Origin: Candidatus Multivoradales bacterium
GTDB taxonomy: Bacteria > Acidobacteriota > Thermoanaerobaculia > Multivoradales > J023
NCBI GenBank assembly: GCA_965248925.1
Contig: CBDFLE010000006.1
Span: forward strand, 960,001 to 1,024,000
Length of the DNA stretch: 64,000 bases
Direction: 5' to 3'
Position 1 is the stretch's first letter, and every line of letters begins with the position of its first letter. Made by a program: the position numbers and the translations under genes. This document shows, one piece after another, positions 8,721 to 18,283 of the stretch. The notes under the pieces are model-generated. The model had not been told where the DNA came from. It did no database searches and was given only the letters and a program-made list of their open reading frames with translations.

Positions 8721-9896
8721 GTGAGGAAGCCTATCCTTGCCGAGCGGAATATCCGCCGACGCGGTAGCAGCTGGCAGCTCCGGATCTACTCGATGGGGCT
8801 TGGCCGTCAGGTCGTCGTCACCCACGGCAATCTGCCCCAGCTAGTAGCCAAGCGAGACGAGATCGAGGCCGACAACCTGTGCCGCAAAATCGGGGCATCT
8901 CCAGTACTGCGCTACCGGCCTGATCTTGGCAGCGTCCTGGAGCAGTTCCAACTCGAAATCGATCGCCGCGAGTGCTCTGGCGCGATCACTAGCGGCACTC
9001 TACGGACTTATGGCAACCACATCTCGGCATTCCAGCGATGGTCGGAAGAAACGGGGATGGATAGGTATGCCGCGGAAGACTTGCGGCGAACCCATGTGGA
9101 GCAATATTGCGCCTGGAGGGGGACCCACACGACGAGGGTTGGAACTAGCAAGGTGCGAGGCTCAAGCATGCGCACTGAACTCAGCACCCTCCGGCAGGCC
9201 CTCCGCCACGCCGAGATAACAGTCAACTGGCGCGCACCTCATTTCCTCAGCAAGGCGAGGGGTAAGAGGATCCTCTCGGCCGCAGAATTTTTCTCTTGGC
9301 TGGAGTGCATGCCCGTGGGCAGCCTGGAGCGCACCGCAGCAGAGCTAGCCTGGCGTACCGCGGCGCGTCCGAGCGACTGGATCAGGTTTCGGTGGAGCAA
9401 CGTCGACCGAGAAAGGGGGCTGCTGAAATTCGACGTCCAGAAACTCCGAGGCCAGCGCCATAGCGTCCCGCTGACTGACGAGATCCTCCATCATTTGAAC
9501 GCGTGGAGAACCAGCTCTGAGAGAGGCAACATCCTGCGAGGGCTGTGGTCACTGCATGCAGATCGACAGGCAATGCTTCGTGACACTATTTTCATCACAG
9601 GGACCACAGCGAGGCCCCGACGCCTGCGCACGAACTCACTCCGCAGGCGATGGGTCCAAGCTAGCAAGTCAGCGGGAATAGACCCGCCCATTAAAGCGGC
9701 CGGGGTTCTACGCAATCAGTTCATCGCCCTCGCCTTAGCGAGCGGCAGCAGCGCTTACGCTGTCGCTCGCCACGTTGGGCACAGCAGCCTCAATCTGTTG
9801 ATCCGGTACGCAGAGCAGGATTTGCCAACCGAACTCATCCAAGAAATGACCGGAAAAATCGACGAGCGCCGACGCGTTATCGTCCAAGAGCGCTAG
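8721..9896 (+). CDS. Tyrosine recombinase / phage integrase
   Basis: TAARPSD (R1), VQK, GVLRNQF (atypical HxxR), HVGHSS, LIRY; SAM-like core-binding region. Confidence 0.9.
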   Translation: MRKPILAERNIRRRGSSWQLRIYSMGLGRQVVVTHGNLPQLVAKRDEIEADNLCRKIGASPVLRYRPDLGSVLEQFQLEIDRRECSGAITSGTLRTYGNHISAFQRWSEETGMDRYAAEDLRRTHVEQYCAWRGTHTTRVGTSKVRGSSMRTELSTLRQALRHAEITVNWRAPHFLSKARGKRILSAAEFFSWLECMPVGSLERTAAELAWRTAARPSDWIRFRWSNVDRERGLLKFDVQKLRGQRHSVPLTDEILHHLNAWRTSSERGNILRGLWSLHADRQAMLRDTIFITGTTARPRRLRTNSLRRRWVQASKSAGIDPPIKAAGVLRNQFIALALASGSSAYAVARHVGHSSLNLLIRYAEQDLPTELIQEMTGKIDERRRVIVQER

Positions 9897-9903
9897 AGAA
9901 TCT

Positions 9904-9951
9904 CGGCCAATCCTGTCCAACGAGGTGGCCGAATTTGGCCGAAATTTGGCA
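9904..9951. repeat. Short direct repeats GGCCGAA(A)TTTGGC, possible arm-type att sites
   Basis: Located directly after the integrase stop, followed by an AT-rich tract. Confidence 0.4.
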
Positions 9952-10160
9952 GGGCAGCATATATCCTGACTTTGTGAGAATCATCCAACTGCCTCAAAAC
10001 AATAAACTTACAGTGATTTTGTAGACAAGCAAATTCGCTGTGACTAAATAGCGTAGATTTCGTCCCATACCCACAGAGACGCGAAAGGTTCTTCGCTTCT
10101 TGCCTCTGACCTCGAGCGTGACTATCAACGGCTCTACACCCTGACGGCGGGAGCACGCTT

Positions 10161-10973
10161 TCAGTCCTGAGAAGCGATCTTGGCCAGTACATCAGGCCAA
10201 ATCTCGCTCCAGCAACAACTGTGATCGAAGCCGGGATAGATCACCAGCTCGGCAGCTGAGAGCTCGGCCAGACGGCGGGACGCATCGGGCGGGATTCGCT
10301 CGTCGTCCTCACCCAACAGGTGCAACTGGCGGATGCTCGCCGGCAAGGGCGGACGGCGAGACGGGTCGAGGGAACCGAGCAGCGGGGTGTAGTGGTGCAG
10401 GTCGGCCCAGGCGACCAGGTCGAGATTGGCGGCGAGGGTGACCACGGCTCGCACCTTGGGCAACCGCTCGGCTAGCAACATGGCCAGCACACCACCGCCG
10501 CTGTAACCCACCAGCACGATCTGCTCGACCGGAGGCTCGGCTAGCAAACTGAGCAGGGCCTGTTCCATTGCTGCCACCACCCGCGGCGAGTAGCGCGCCA
10601 GGGTCCACAGTAAAGGGTCGCAATCGTCGGTCTGGCGCCAGCGGTTGTAGCACGGCCGGCCCAAGTAGAGACTGGGGGCGGGATCGAGTTGCATCAGCTC
10701 GAAGGCCAGGGCGCGGCGCGGGTGCGGATCGGCGGCGACCAGCTGTTCGCCAATCCAGGGTCGGCCATCGCCTTCGAGATAGACGTGTAGCCGTCGATCG
10801 GTGCTGCTCCCGCCTTTACGGTAGGCCACGTGGTGGAAGTCGCCGCCCACCAACACCAGGCGCTGATAGCCGGCGGCGGCGGCGCGAGCCTCGAGGTGGG
10901 CGGCAGGGGTAGGCGTCGTGACACAGCCAACGACGGCCAACGAACAAAGCAGGGTGGCGGCGCGCCGGTTCAT
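10161..10973 (-). CDS. Alpha/beta hydrolase lipoprotein
   Basis: Lipobox VVGC; YLEGDG; GYSGG nucleophile elbow; catalytic D and H near the C-terminus. Confidence 0.88.
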   Translation of the reverse strand: MNRRAATLLCSLAVVGCVTTPTPAAHLEARAAAAGYQRLVLVGGDFHHVAYRKGGSSTDRRLHVYLEGDGRPWIGEQLVAADPHPRRALAFELMQLDPAPSLYLGRPCYNRWRQTDDCDPLLWTLARYSPRVVAAMEQALLSLLAEPPVEQIVLVGYSGGGVLAMLLAERLPKVRAVVTLAANLDLVAWADLHHYTPLLGSLDPSRRPPLPASIRQLHLLGEDDERIPPDASRRLAELSAAELVIYPGFDHSCCWSEIWPDVLAKIASQD

Positions 10974-12952
10974 CGAGCACTCGGCACGAAAAACAGCTCG
11001 CCACCTTCGTCGTCAGTCAGCCTGATCGGAGCCAGGAGCGGTCGCTGGTCGAGTTCGAATCGGCGGGCAGCATCCACCACCGGCTGCTCGATCTGGCGAA
11101 ATAGGGCCGACACCGGCAAGATCCGCTGATTGCCGCGAAGCGCGTCAAGCAAGGCGCGGGAGAAGACCGAGTTGCGCCCATCACCCCCAGCATCGAGCAC
11201 CGGACTGAGGCCACCCGAGGTGAGTGCCAGACGGGACCGGCGCTCGACCAACTGACGCACGCGGTCGGCATCGACCGGTGGATCGGCACTAGCGAGCGGC
11301 TCTGCCTCGTCACCCAAGGCACCGGAGTAGCATGAATCGGCCACCACCAGGACGTGGCGGGCAGCGATGTCGCCAATCAGAGTCGTGACATCGAATTTGA
11401 CGCTTACCCAATTCGACGTGTCCTCGGGCTCGGCGTCGATCGGCAGCCAGTAGCCCGACCCTTTCTGCAATAGCGAGCCGTGACCTGCGTAGAAGAGCAG
11501 CAGATTGTCGTTCGGCCCGACCTCGCCAATGATCTCGGTGAGGGCGGTGACGATCTCGTAACGTGTGGCGTTACGCAGGGTGCGCACATTGTAGCCGTAG
11601 CGGGTCTCCAGCACCTCGGCCAGCTCGCTGGCGTCGTTGACCGCGGTTTCCAGTCGCGGCAGCTTCTGGTATTCATCGTTGCCGATCAGCAGGGCGTAGG
11701 AAGCGCCGAAGTTGATCCCGGCATAGAGACTTGGGTCGTCCAGCTCATGTGCGCCTGCTGCTGATGACGCGGCTACCGCTGGGACGGTCTCTAGCGACCG
11801 ACCGCCGCCACCGAGCCAGCCCATCTGCCAAGCAACCAGGGCCAACAGCAGCAAGACACCAAGTCCCACCAATGGCGCGGTGCGGCGAGGGCGGGACGGC
11901 ATGCTAGCCGGCGGCTGAGCCTCGGCAGCCAGCAGCGCTCCACCACCCTCGGCGAGGGTCGGTGCCGAGGGGTTCCAGTCGCTGGGCGTGGTGCCGGCGG
12001 CGGTTGGCGCGGGCCGGGTCCGCAGGGGCCTAATGGGCTGCACCGCGGGCGGCAGCCCGGTGAAATCGTCGGCCCCGCTGTCTCCACTGCCTGAGAGGGA
12101 GCCGACCAAGGCTTCCGAAAATTCCCCGGCACTCGACCAGCGATCATCGGGACGCTTCTCAAGCGCCTTCATCACCACCCGCCGCAGCGATTCGGGAACC
12201 GCCTCGCCGAGCGTGGTCTCGTCAAAAGCCTTGGGCGGATGGAACAGGTGCCCGGCGATGATCGACACCTCGTCATCACCCTGGATCGGATACTCGCGGG
12301 TGAGCAGCTCGTAGAGCACGATGCCGAAGGAGTAGAGGTCACTCCGCGCGTCAACCGTCACCTCCCCCTTGCTGCTTTCCAGATGTTCCGGCGAAACGTA
12401 GCGCGCTTTGCCCACCACCAAGCCGGTCTGGGTCTGAAACTGCGCTCCTTCGAGGGACTTGGCCAGACCGAGGTCGATCAGCTTGACCCGCGGGCTGCCA
12501 TCGGCGACCCAACTGAGCATCAGATTGTCGGAGGCGATATCGCGGTGGAGGATTTTCTGCTCGTGCAGGAAGGCCAGCGCGGCAAGCCCCTGGCGACCGA
12601 TCTCCACCACCTGCTCCAGCGCCAGCTGCTTGTCGGTGGCCAGCAGCTGGGCGACGTTCATGCCCTCGACCAGCTCCATCACCATGTAGGCGGTGCCGTC
12701 TTCGGCAACACTGAAGTCATAGAGCTGGGCGATCCCCGGATGGCGCAGCCGGGTCGCCACCTGCGCCTCGCGCAAGAAACGGGCCTGCAGATCAGGATCC
12801 TCGCGAAATTGGGCGCGGATCATCTTGATCACCCGCAGCTCGTCGAGGAAGACATGGCGCACCTTATAGACCGCGCCCATGCCGCCCTCGCCCATCTTGG
12901 CGACGACTTCGTACTTCTGCTCGATTTCCGGACTCAGGTGCAGCTCGCTCAT
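10970..12952 (-). CDS. Ser/Thr protein kinase with TM helix and C-terminal caspase-like (peptidase C14) domain
   Basis: GEGGMGAVY, HRDIASDN, DLGLAK; TM segment; ALLIGNDEY, FYAGHG and DSCYSG. Confidence 0.92.
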   Translation of the reverse strand: MSELHLSPEIEQKYEVVAKMGEGGMGAVYKVRHVFLDELRVIKMIRAQFREDPDLQARFLREAQVATRLRHPGIAQLYDFSVAEDGTAYMVMELVEGMNVAQLLATDKQLALEQVVEIGRQGLAALAFLHEQKILHRDIASDNLMLSWVADGSPRVKLIDLGLAKSLEGAQFQTQTGLVVGKARYVSPEHLESSKGEVTVDARSDLYSFGIVLYELLTREYPIQGDDEVSIIAGHLFHPPKAFDETTLGEAVPESLRRVVMKALEKRPDDRWSSAGEFSEALVGSLSGSGDSGADDFTGLPPAVQPIRPLRTRPAPTAAGTTPSDWNPSAPTLAEGGGALLAAEAQPPASMPSRPRRTAPLVGLGVLLLLALVAWQMGWLGGGGRSLETVPAVAASSAAGAHELDDPSLYAGINFGASYALLIGNDEYQKLPRLETAVNDASELAEVLETRYGYNVRTLRNATRYEIVTALTEIIGEVGPNDNLLLFYAGHGSLLQKGSGYWLPIDAEPEDTSNWVSVKFDVTTLIGDIAARHVLVVADSCYSGALGDEAEPLASADPPVDADRVRQLVERRSRLALTSGGLSPVLDAGGDGRNSVFSRALLDALRGNQRILPVSALFRQIEQPVVDAARRFELDQRPLLAPIRLTDDEGGELFFVPSAR

Positions 12953-13221
12953 GCTGGTGGCCTCTCGATCGGTGGTCGAACTTCCCTTGTGCTTGTCGCT
13001 GGCCTCATGAGCCCAGAGCGTATTGTGCCCCGGTAGACCAAGCGTTTCGAGTCTTCTTGGCAGGCCATCGGCAAGGAATCAGGAGACCTGGTCGCGGGGG
13101 CAATCCGCAGAATCGTCGAGAGAACCCCCCTTGACTCCGCGGAACCGACGACTAATACTCCTCATGGAGGCTCGGCTCAGGGGCTGCTCTCGGGTGGCTC
13201 TGAAGGCATTGCCTCCTTTTT

Positions 13222-14112
13222 TCATTCCCCACCTCGTCTGGCCTCGTACGGGTCCGGTACAAAAACGATGCCGTAGGACTCGAAAACGACCCCGTCCCGG
13301 GCTCCCTTCCCTCGGAATTGAAGCTGAGTGAGCCATTGACCATAGTCGTCGGCGATCTCCTTTCGAGTCGGCGCATCCATCCCTCGAGGCGGCAGCCGAA
13401 AACCCCAATTCACACAGTAGATCGCCAGGTCTGCGGCCTGGACCGGGTAGGTCATGTCAGAGGAGACGAAAAACGGCGCCGGGACGATCCACGCCGACCG
13501 ATAGCGGCCCGTCTTCGTTCTCCGGAAGTATCCCTGGAGGCGGCGGACGAAGCGGCGGTCCTCAGCCTTTTCCACTTCGTCCATCACCAGCAGACCGTGC
13601 TGTTTTTCCTGCTCCAGGAGATAGAAGTAGCGCTCGAGAAGGAAGACCTGATCCTTGCGAAGGTACTCCTCCGCCTTGAATGTGTCTGGCTTGATGACGC
13701 TGCGCGGGATCGCGGCGGCAAATAATTGAGCTTTGTGTTGTCTGAGCAGCTCAAAGATCCCCGTCGCCATCTCCAGGGACGCCTGTCCGTAAGCCGTGAA
13801 CTCCACCCGCAGCGGCGGCTTCTTCTCCAGCCCCTTGGTGAGAAATCCCCGGCAATGCTTGCGGCGCTCCTCGTCAGGCATCCTCGACCCCTGGGCCGCC
13901 CACTTGTAGCGATCCTTGTCCAAGAGCTTGCAGCCCTTGAGTTCCGTCCGGAACTGATGCAGCGTGGTCCCGAAGGAGTCCAGCTCCAGACGCTGCATGT
14001 CCTGTACAAATGACCACAGCTCCGAAGCATGCAACGCCACACCGCCCCTAACCTCGTAGGGCATGGTCCGGTGGTCGTGACCGCTCTCATCCAGGAAAAG
14101 CAAATAGCTCAT
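13222..14112 (-). CDS. DUF3800-like protein (RNase H-like fold)
   Basis: N-terminal LFLDESG and C-terminal VQAADL motifs. Confidence 0.8.
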   Translation of the reverse strand: MSYLLFLDESGHDHRTMPYEVRGGVALHASELWSFVQDMQRLELDSFGTTLHQFRTELKGCKLLDKDRYKWAAQGSRMPDEERRKHCRGFLTKGLEKKPPLRVEFTAYGQASLEMATGIFELLRQHKAQLFAAAIPRSVIKPDTFKAEEYLRKDQVFLLERYFYLLEQEKQHGLLVMDEVEKAEDRRFVRRLQGYFRRTKTGRYRSAWIVPAPFFVSSDMTYPVQAADLAIYCVNWGFRLPPRGMDAPTRKEIADDYGQWLTQLQFRGKGARDGVVFESYGIVFVPDPYEARRGGE

Positions 14113-14396
14113 CCGGCGATCTCCAAGGGCTCCTCGATCTCATCCTCGGCGACGCTGAAATCATAGAGCTGGGCGATCCCCGGATAGCGTAGCCGGGTCG
14201 CCACCTGCGCCTTGCGCAAGAAACGGGCCTGCAGATCAGGATCCTCGCGAAACTGGGAGCGGATCATCTTGAGCACCCGCAGTTCATCGAGAAAGACATG
14301 GCGAACCTTATACACCGCCCCCATACCGCCCTCGCCCATCTTGGCGACGACCTCGTACTTGTGCTCGATTTCCGGGCTCAGGTGAAGCTCAGTCAA
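14109..14396 (-). pseudogene. Truncated duplicate of the kinase N-terminus
   Basis: About 80 aa nearly identical to the start of 10970..12952, then diverges and stops. Confidence 0.85.
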
Positions 14397-14810
14397 GGTG
14401 CCAAGCCCCTCGATCGGCGGTCGATACCGCCACCCGTTTCGCTCTCAGCGGTTGCACCTAATTCGGGATTCACTTGCATCCGCTTGCCGAAAGAGGATCA
14501 AGCCTCTGCAACATCAGGACGTTGTTGTGGGGAGGACGCTGCAATCGGCCGCGACTCTCAGCCAACTCTTGCTGGTCGCCATTCGGCACTGATCTCACAG
14601 ACTCCATCTTCGCCGGGCGCCGCATGGAGATCCGCCGAGTCACGACGGAACATCTCTGCAGATCACTGACGGTCTGGCGGGATGGGACTCGGTCTGGCGC
14701 ACAGCATAGATCTTCTCACGACCGAAGATCGCCTGCACGAGGAACCGATAGAGCGACAGTGATCGCCTCAAGACGGTGGCCGAGAGCGGCGCAGAGCACC
14801 CGCACAAGGC

Positions 14811-14850
14811 AACAAAAAGCCGGCTGCACACCTGGTTGCAACCGGCTTTC
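14811..14850 (-). terminator. Rho-independent terminator
   Basis: AAAGCCGGTTGCA-loop-TGCAGCCGGCTTTTT just downstream of the TonB receptor. Confidence 0.75.
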
Positions 14851-14868
14851 GAGGCTCCAGCGAACTTC

Positions 14869-17313
14869 CTAGAACCTGAAGTTGCCCCGCAGGTACCAGG
14901 AGCCACCCTCGTAGTTGGCGGCACTGCGCCGGGGATATTGCAGGCCAACGCTCTGACGGTTGGCAAAGGGGGCATTGATCTCCTCGACGAATTCGTCGAA
15001 GACATTGATCGCCCCGACGGCAATGCCGACGTGCTGATTGACCTGGAAGCCAAGCTCAAGATCGATGTAAACGGTTGCCCCGATTTCTGCGGACGGCGAG
15101 CTGGATGCGCCGATGCGGCCGCGTTCGTCGAAGTGCTTGCCGTAGTAGTTGGCCCGAGCCAGCAGATTCCAATCTTCACCCAAACTGGTATTGGCGGTCA
15201 GCACCAGGCGCTCGTTGGGGTAGTTGTTCTCGATGTCCTCGATGATCCCTTCGCTGACCGGATTGACTCCCGAGACCAGAGACTGATCGACCACGTCGAC
15301 CTCGTTGTAGCTAAACGCCAAGACCCAGCTGGTATCAATGGTCGGTGACCAGTCGAAACCAGACGTCAGAACAATATCGAGACCTTGCGACTCGACATCC
15401 AGAGCGTTGGTGTAGAACGAAATAGTCTGACCCTCGGTGTCAGGGACTGCAATGTCGCCAGTGCGGTAAATCCGGTCGTCGACCTCGATCTTGTAGGCGT
15501 CGACGGTCAGTGTCGTTCTGTCGCTGAAGCTATTCGAGAAGCCGAAGCTGAAGTTCAGTGACGTTTCCTCGGTTAGTGCCTTGCCGCCGACCGCCGCCAC
15601 CAACGGGCTGGTGGAAGGCACCAAACCTTCTTCGACCTGCAATCCGGTCACCCCGTCAAAGGTGGTGATGGTGGTGCGCACGTTAGCCTGGCCGGGGGTC
15701 GGTGCGTGGAAACCGGTCGACACCGCGCCGCGCAAGGTCAGCGAGGAATTGACCGAATAGCGCGAAGCGATCTTCCAATTCACCGTGCTGCCAAAGTCGG
15801 AGAAGTCCTCGAATCGCAGAGCGTACTGCATCAAGAAGTCGTCGCTGATGTCGTGCTCCACATCGACATAGAGTGCGATGTTGTCGCGATCAAAGGTGCC
15901 GGCATCGTCAAGACTGATGCCTTTTAGGCCATTGGATCCGGCGCCTAGAAACGAGTTGGGCTCGCCGGCTATCGCAATGTAGGTCTCTTCCCGCCATTCG
16001 GCGCCAAAGGCCAAGTTTATCTTGTCGCTGAGCGGCTTGGAGAAGTCGGCATTCAGATTCAGCTCCTCTTGCCGATAGCCACCAGCATCGAAGTCTCGCT
16101 GCGCCGGCTGGCCGTTGCTCAGACCCAGATCTGGATTGATTGTGTTGTTGAGGGTGTAGTCGAGTTCGTTCTCGCCGTAGCTAATACTGAAGTCGAAGGT
16201 GGTGTTTCCAGCGAACACGCCGGTGAGCCCGGTGACCAAGCTCAAGTCGGTCTGCTCACCATCGAGAAAGGGGGTGTAGCCCGCTTGCAAGCCGGTGAAC
16301 CCTTGCTCGCGCAACGGCACCAAGCTCGAATGCTGGGGATTGCGATAGAAGAACCGGTAGCGGCCGTCGGTTTTGGCGTAGTTGCTCTGGAAGTAGAGGA
16401 AGGTGCTCTCGGTCGGGTTGAAGCCGGAGTTGAGAAAGAAGCGAGTGCCCTGAGTTTCCGGCCGGCCCCAAGTTTGCACCAGGGGCGTATCACCGAAGGG
16501 TGCATCGGCACCGACGCCCTGGACCCCAGCATCGATTAGAGCCTGCGCGTCAGGGCGCTGTACGCCCCGCGACAGAGCATCGTTATCGACATGCTCGATG
16601 CTGAGATTGACAAAACCGGTCTCACCGAGCGAGAAGCCGCCGTTGGCGGCAACCTTGAGCGAATTCTCACCCTCGTAGTGCTGACCAAACTGAACCTGGA
16701 CTTCAGAACCCTGGGAGGCATCCTTCATTTTGAAGTTGATCACTCCGGCGATGGCATCCGAGCCATATTGGGCGGCGGCACCATCGCGCAACACCTCTAC
16801 TCGCTCGACGGCGATACCAGGCAACATGCCAACATCGACGCCATGCGCGCCATTACCCGCCGCCGGGGCAAAGAATTGCACCAAGGCCGAGCGGTGGCGG
16901 CGCTTGCCGTTGACCAAAACCAAGGTTTGATCCGGCGCCGTGCCGCGCAGCGAGGTGGGGCGAACAAAAGCACTGCCATCACCGGTAGCAGGGGTCGCGG
17001 TGTAGGAAGGCACCAAGGCCTTAAGGTTGTCTGTGAGATCGGCCGTATTGCCCATGGCGTTGAATTCTTCTGCCGAGATGATGTCGACGGGCACCGGCGA
17101 ATCGGCTACTGAGCGGGGCTTGGTGCTGCGCGAGCCGAGCACGACGATCTCATCTGAGAAGTCCTCCTGCTCCTCGGCAACAACTTCTTCCGCCGTGTCC
17201 TCGGCCGCTGAAGCGGCCGCATCTTCCTCTGGCTGGGCGATCAAGGCCTGGGCCATCAATACCGCACCGGCAGTGGTCGCCGCCGACAAAAACTTCCAGG
17301 TTCTTCTGTTCAT
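14869..17313 (-). CDS. TonB-dependent receptor
   Basis: Signal peptide, EIVVLGSR, plug LRG...TLVLVNGKR, RVEVLRDGAAAQYGSDAIAGVIN, C-terminal F. Confidence 0.95.
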   Translation of the reverse strand: MNRRTWKFLSAATTAGAVLMAQALIAQPEEDAAASAAEDTAEEVVAEEQEDFSDEIVVLGSRSTKPRSVADSPVPVDIISAEEFNAMGNTADLTDNLKALVPSYTATPATGDGSAFVRPTSLRGTAPDQTLVLVNGKRRHRSALVQFFAPAAGNGAHGVDVGMLPGIAVERVEVLRDGAAAQYGSDAIAGVINFKMKDASQGSEVQVQFGQHYEGENSLKVAANGGFSLGETGFVNLSIEHVDNDALSRGVQRPDAQALIDAGVQGVGADAPFGDTPLVQTWGRPETQGTRFFLNSGFNPTESTFLYFQSNYAKTDGRYRFFYRNPQHSSLVPLREQGFTGLQAGYTPFLDGEQTDLSLVTGLTGVFAGNTTFDFSISYGENELDYTLNNTINPDLGLSNGQPAQRDFDAGGYRQEELNLNADFSKPLSDKINLAFGAEWREETYIAIAGEPNSFLGAGSNGLKGISLDDAGTFDRDNIALYVDVEHDISDDFLMQYALRFEDFSDFGSTVNWKIASRYSVNSSLTLRGAVSTGFHAPTPGQANVRTTITTFDGVTGLQVEEGLVPSTSPLVAAVGGKALTEETSLNFSFGFSNSFSDRTTLTVDAYKIEVDDRIYRTGDIAVPDTEGQTISFYTNALDVESQGLDIVLTSGFDWSPTIDTSWVLAFSYNEVDVVDQSLVSGVNPVSEGIIEDIENNYPNERLVLTANTSLGEDWNLLARANYYGKHFDERGRIGASSSPSAEIGATVYIDLELGFQVNQHVGIAVGAINVFDEFVEEINAPFANRQSVGLQYPRRSAANYEGGSWYLRGNFRF

Positions 17314-17434
17314 CTCTCCCTCTTCCTTTGGTCCTTCGTCGTTAACGTCGGCACGGCAGCACTACGCTGTCCTCGGGCTGTCCCCGGCTCTCGTCCGCAA
17401 GCTTGATGGAGTAACGGGGACAGTGTAGCATGCC

Positions 17435-17468
17435 GTTTCACTGACCGGAACTAGGTTTCACTAGATGA
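17435..17468. promoter_or_regulatory. Putative IclR operator pair
   Basis: Two GTTTCACT-containing imperfect palindromes between the divergent receptor and iclR genes. Confidence 0.4.
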
Positions 17469-18283
17469 GATCAAATCCCAAACCGCCGCGATCTGGCAGG
17501 CCTACCGCGCAGCCCTACCGCGTCGAAGCACTAGCTCGGGGGCTCGATATCTTGTCGCAGTTTGACCGCGCCACTCCTGACCTCTCGTTGGCCGAGATCG
17601 CCATCGCCACCAGCCTCAGTAAGTCGACGGTATTTCGTCTCGTCAGAACTCTGCTAGAAGCGGGCTATCTCTCCCGCAACGCGGATACTCAGCGATACCG
17701 ACCGGGTCTCAAGGTGCTCGAGTTGGGGTTTACCGCCCTATCCAATCTTGGTATTCAGGAGGTCGCGCGTCCCTTCCTCGAGCAGCTCTCCCAGGAGGCC
17801 GACGAAACCGCCAGTCTGAGCTTGCTGGATGGCCTGGAGGTGGTCTACATCGACCGGGTGCGCAATCGATCGATCGTCGGCGTGGTGCTCGGGCTGGGGT
17901 CGCGTATTCCGGCTCACTGCGCCTCGATGGGCAAAGTGATGCTGGCCCACCTACCCGAAGACCGAATCTCTACCCTGCTGCAGGACGGTGATTTGTCTCC
18001 CTGCACCGCCCACAGTCAGATCGACGTGGCTGCCCTGGGCCGCGAGTTCGCGCAGATACGTTGCCGTGGCTACGCCCTCAACGATCAGGAGCTAGAGATT
18101 GGCCTGCGCGCGGTGGCCGCTCCCATCTGGGATCACGAGCGGCAAGTGGTGGCGGCGATCAACGCCACCGGCAATGTACGGACCATCTCCCGCCGCCGGC
18201 TGGTGAAGGAGCTGGCGCCGCAGGTGGTCAAAGCGGCACAGGGGATTTCGCAAGCGCTCGGCTATGCCCCGGAGCGAGCATGA
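17465..18283 (+). CDS. IclR-family transcriptional regulator
   Basis: ALARGLDIL...LSKSTVFRLVRTL; PAHCASMGK; GLRAVAAPI. Confidence 0.95.
   Translation: MRSNPKPPRSGRPTAQPYRVEALARGLDILSQFDRATPDLSLAEIAIATSLSKSTVFRLVRTLLEAGYLSRNADTQRYRPGLKVLELGFTALSNLGIQEVARPFLEQLSQEADETASLSLLDGLEVVYIDRVRNRSIVGVVLGLGSRIPAHCASMGKVMLAHLPEDRISTLLQDGDLSPCTAHSQIDVAALGREFAQIRCRGYALNDQELEIGLRAVAAPIWDHERQVVAAINATGNVRTISRRRLVKELAPQVVKAAQGISQALGYAPERA

Larger units (their letters stand above)
1..9960. mobile_element. Prophage or integrative element, right arm (continues past the left edge of the window)
   Basis: Tightly coupled short minus-strand ORFs (ATGA/TGATG overlaps), MTase, PolX, amidase, divergent XRE pair with AT-rich switch, and terminal tyrosine integrase. 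Right boundary is approximate. Confidence 0.85.

Noticed and set aside
9960-10160. tRNA, tmRNA or 6S RNA at the integration site
   Set aside because: No T-loop/CCA or other recognisable structure; only weak hairpins.
18061-18279. Extended start of the CoA transferase
   Set aside because: It overlaps iclR; the ATGA-coupled start at 18280 fits the family N-terminus.
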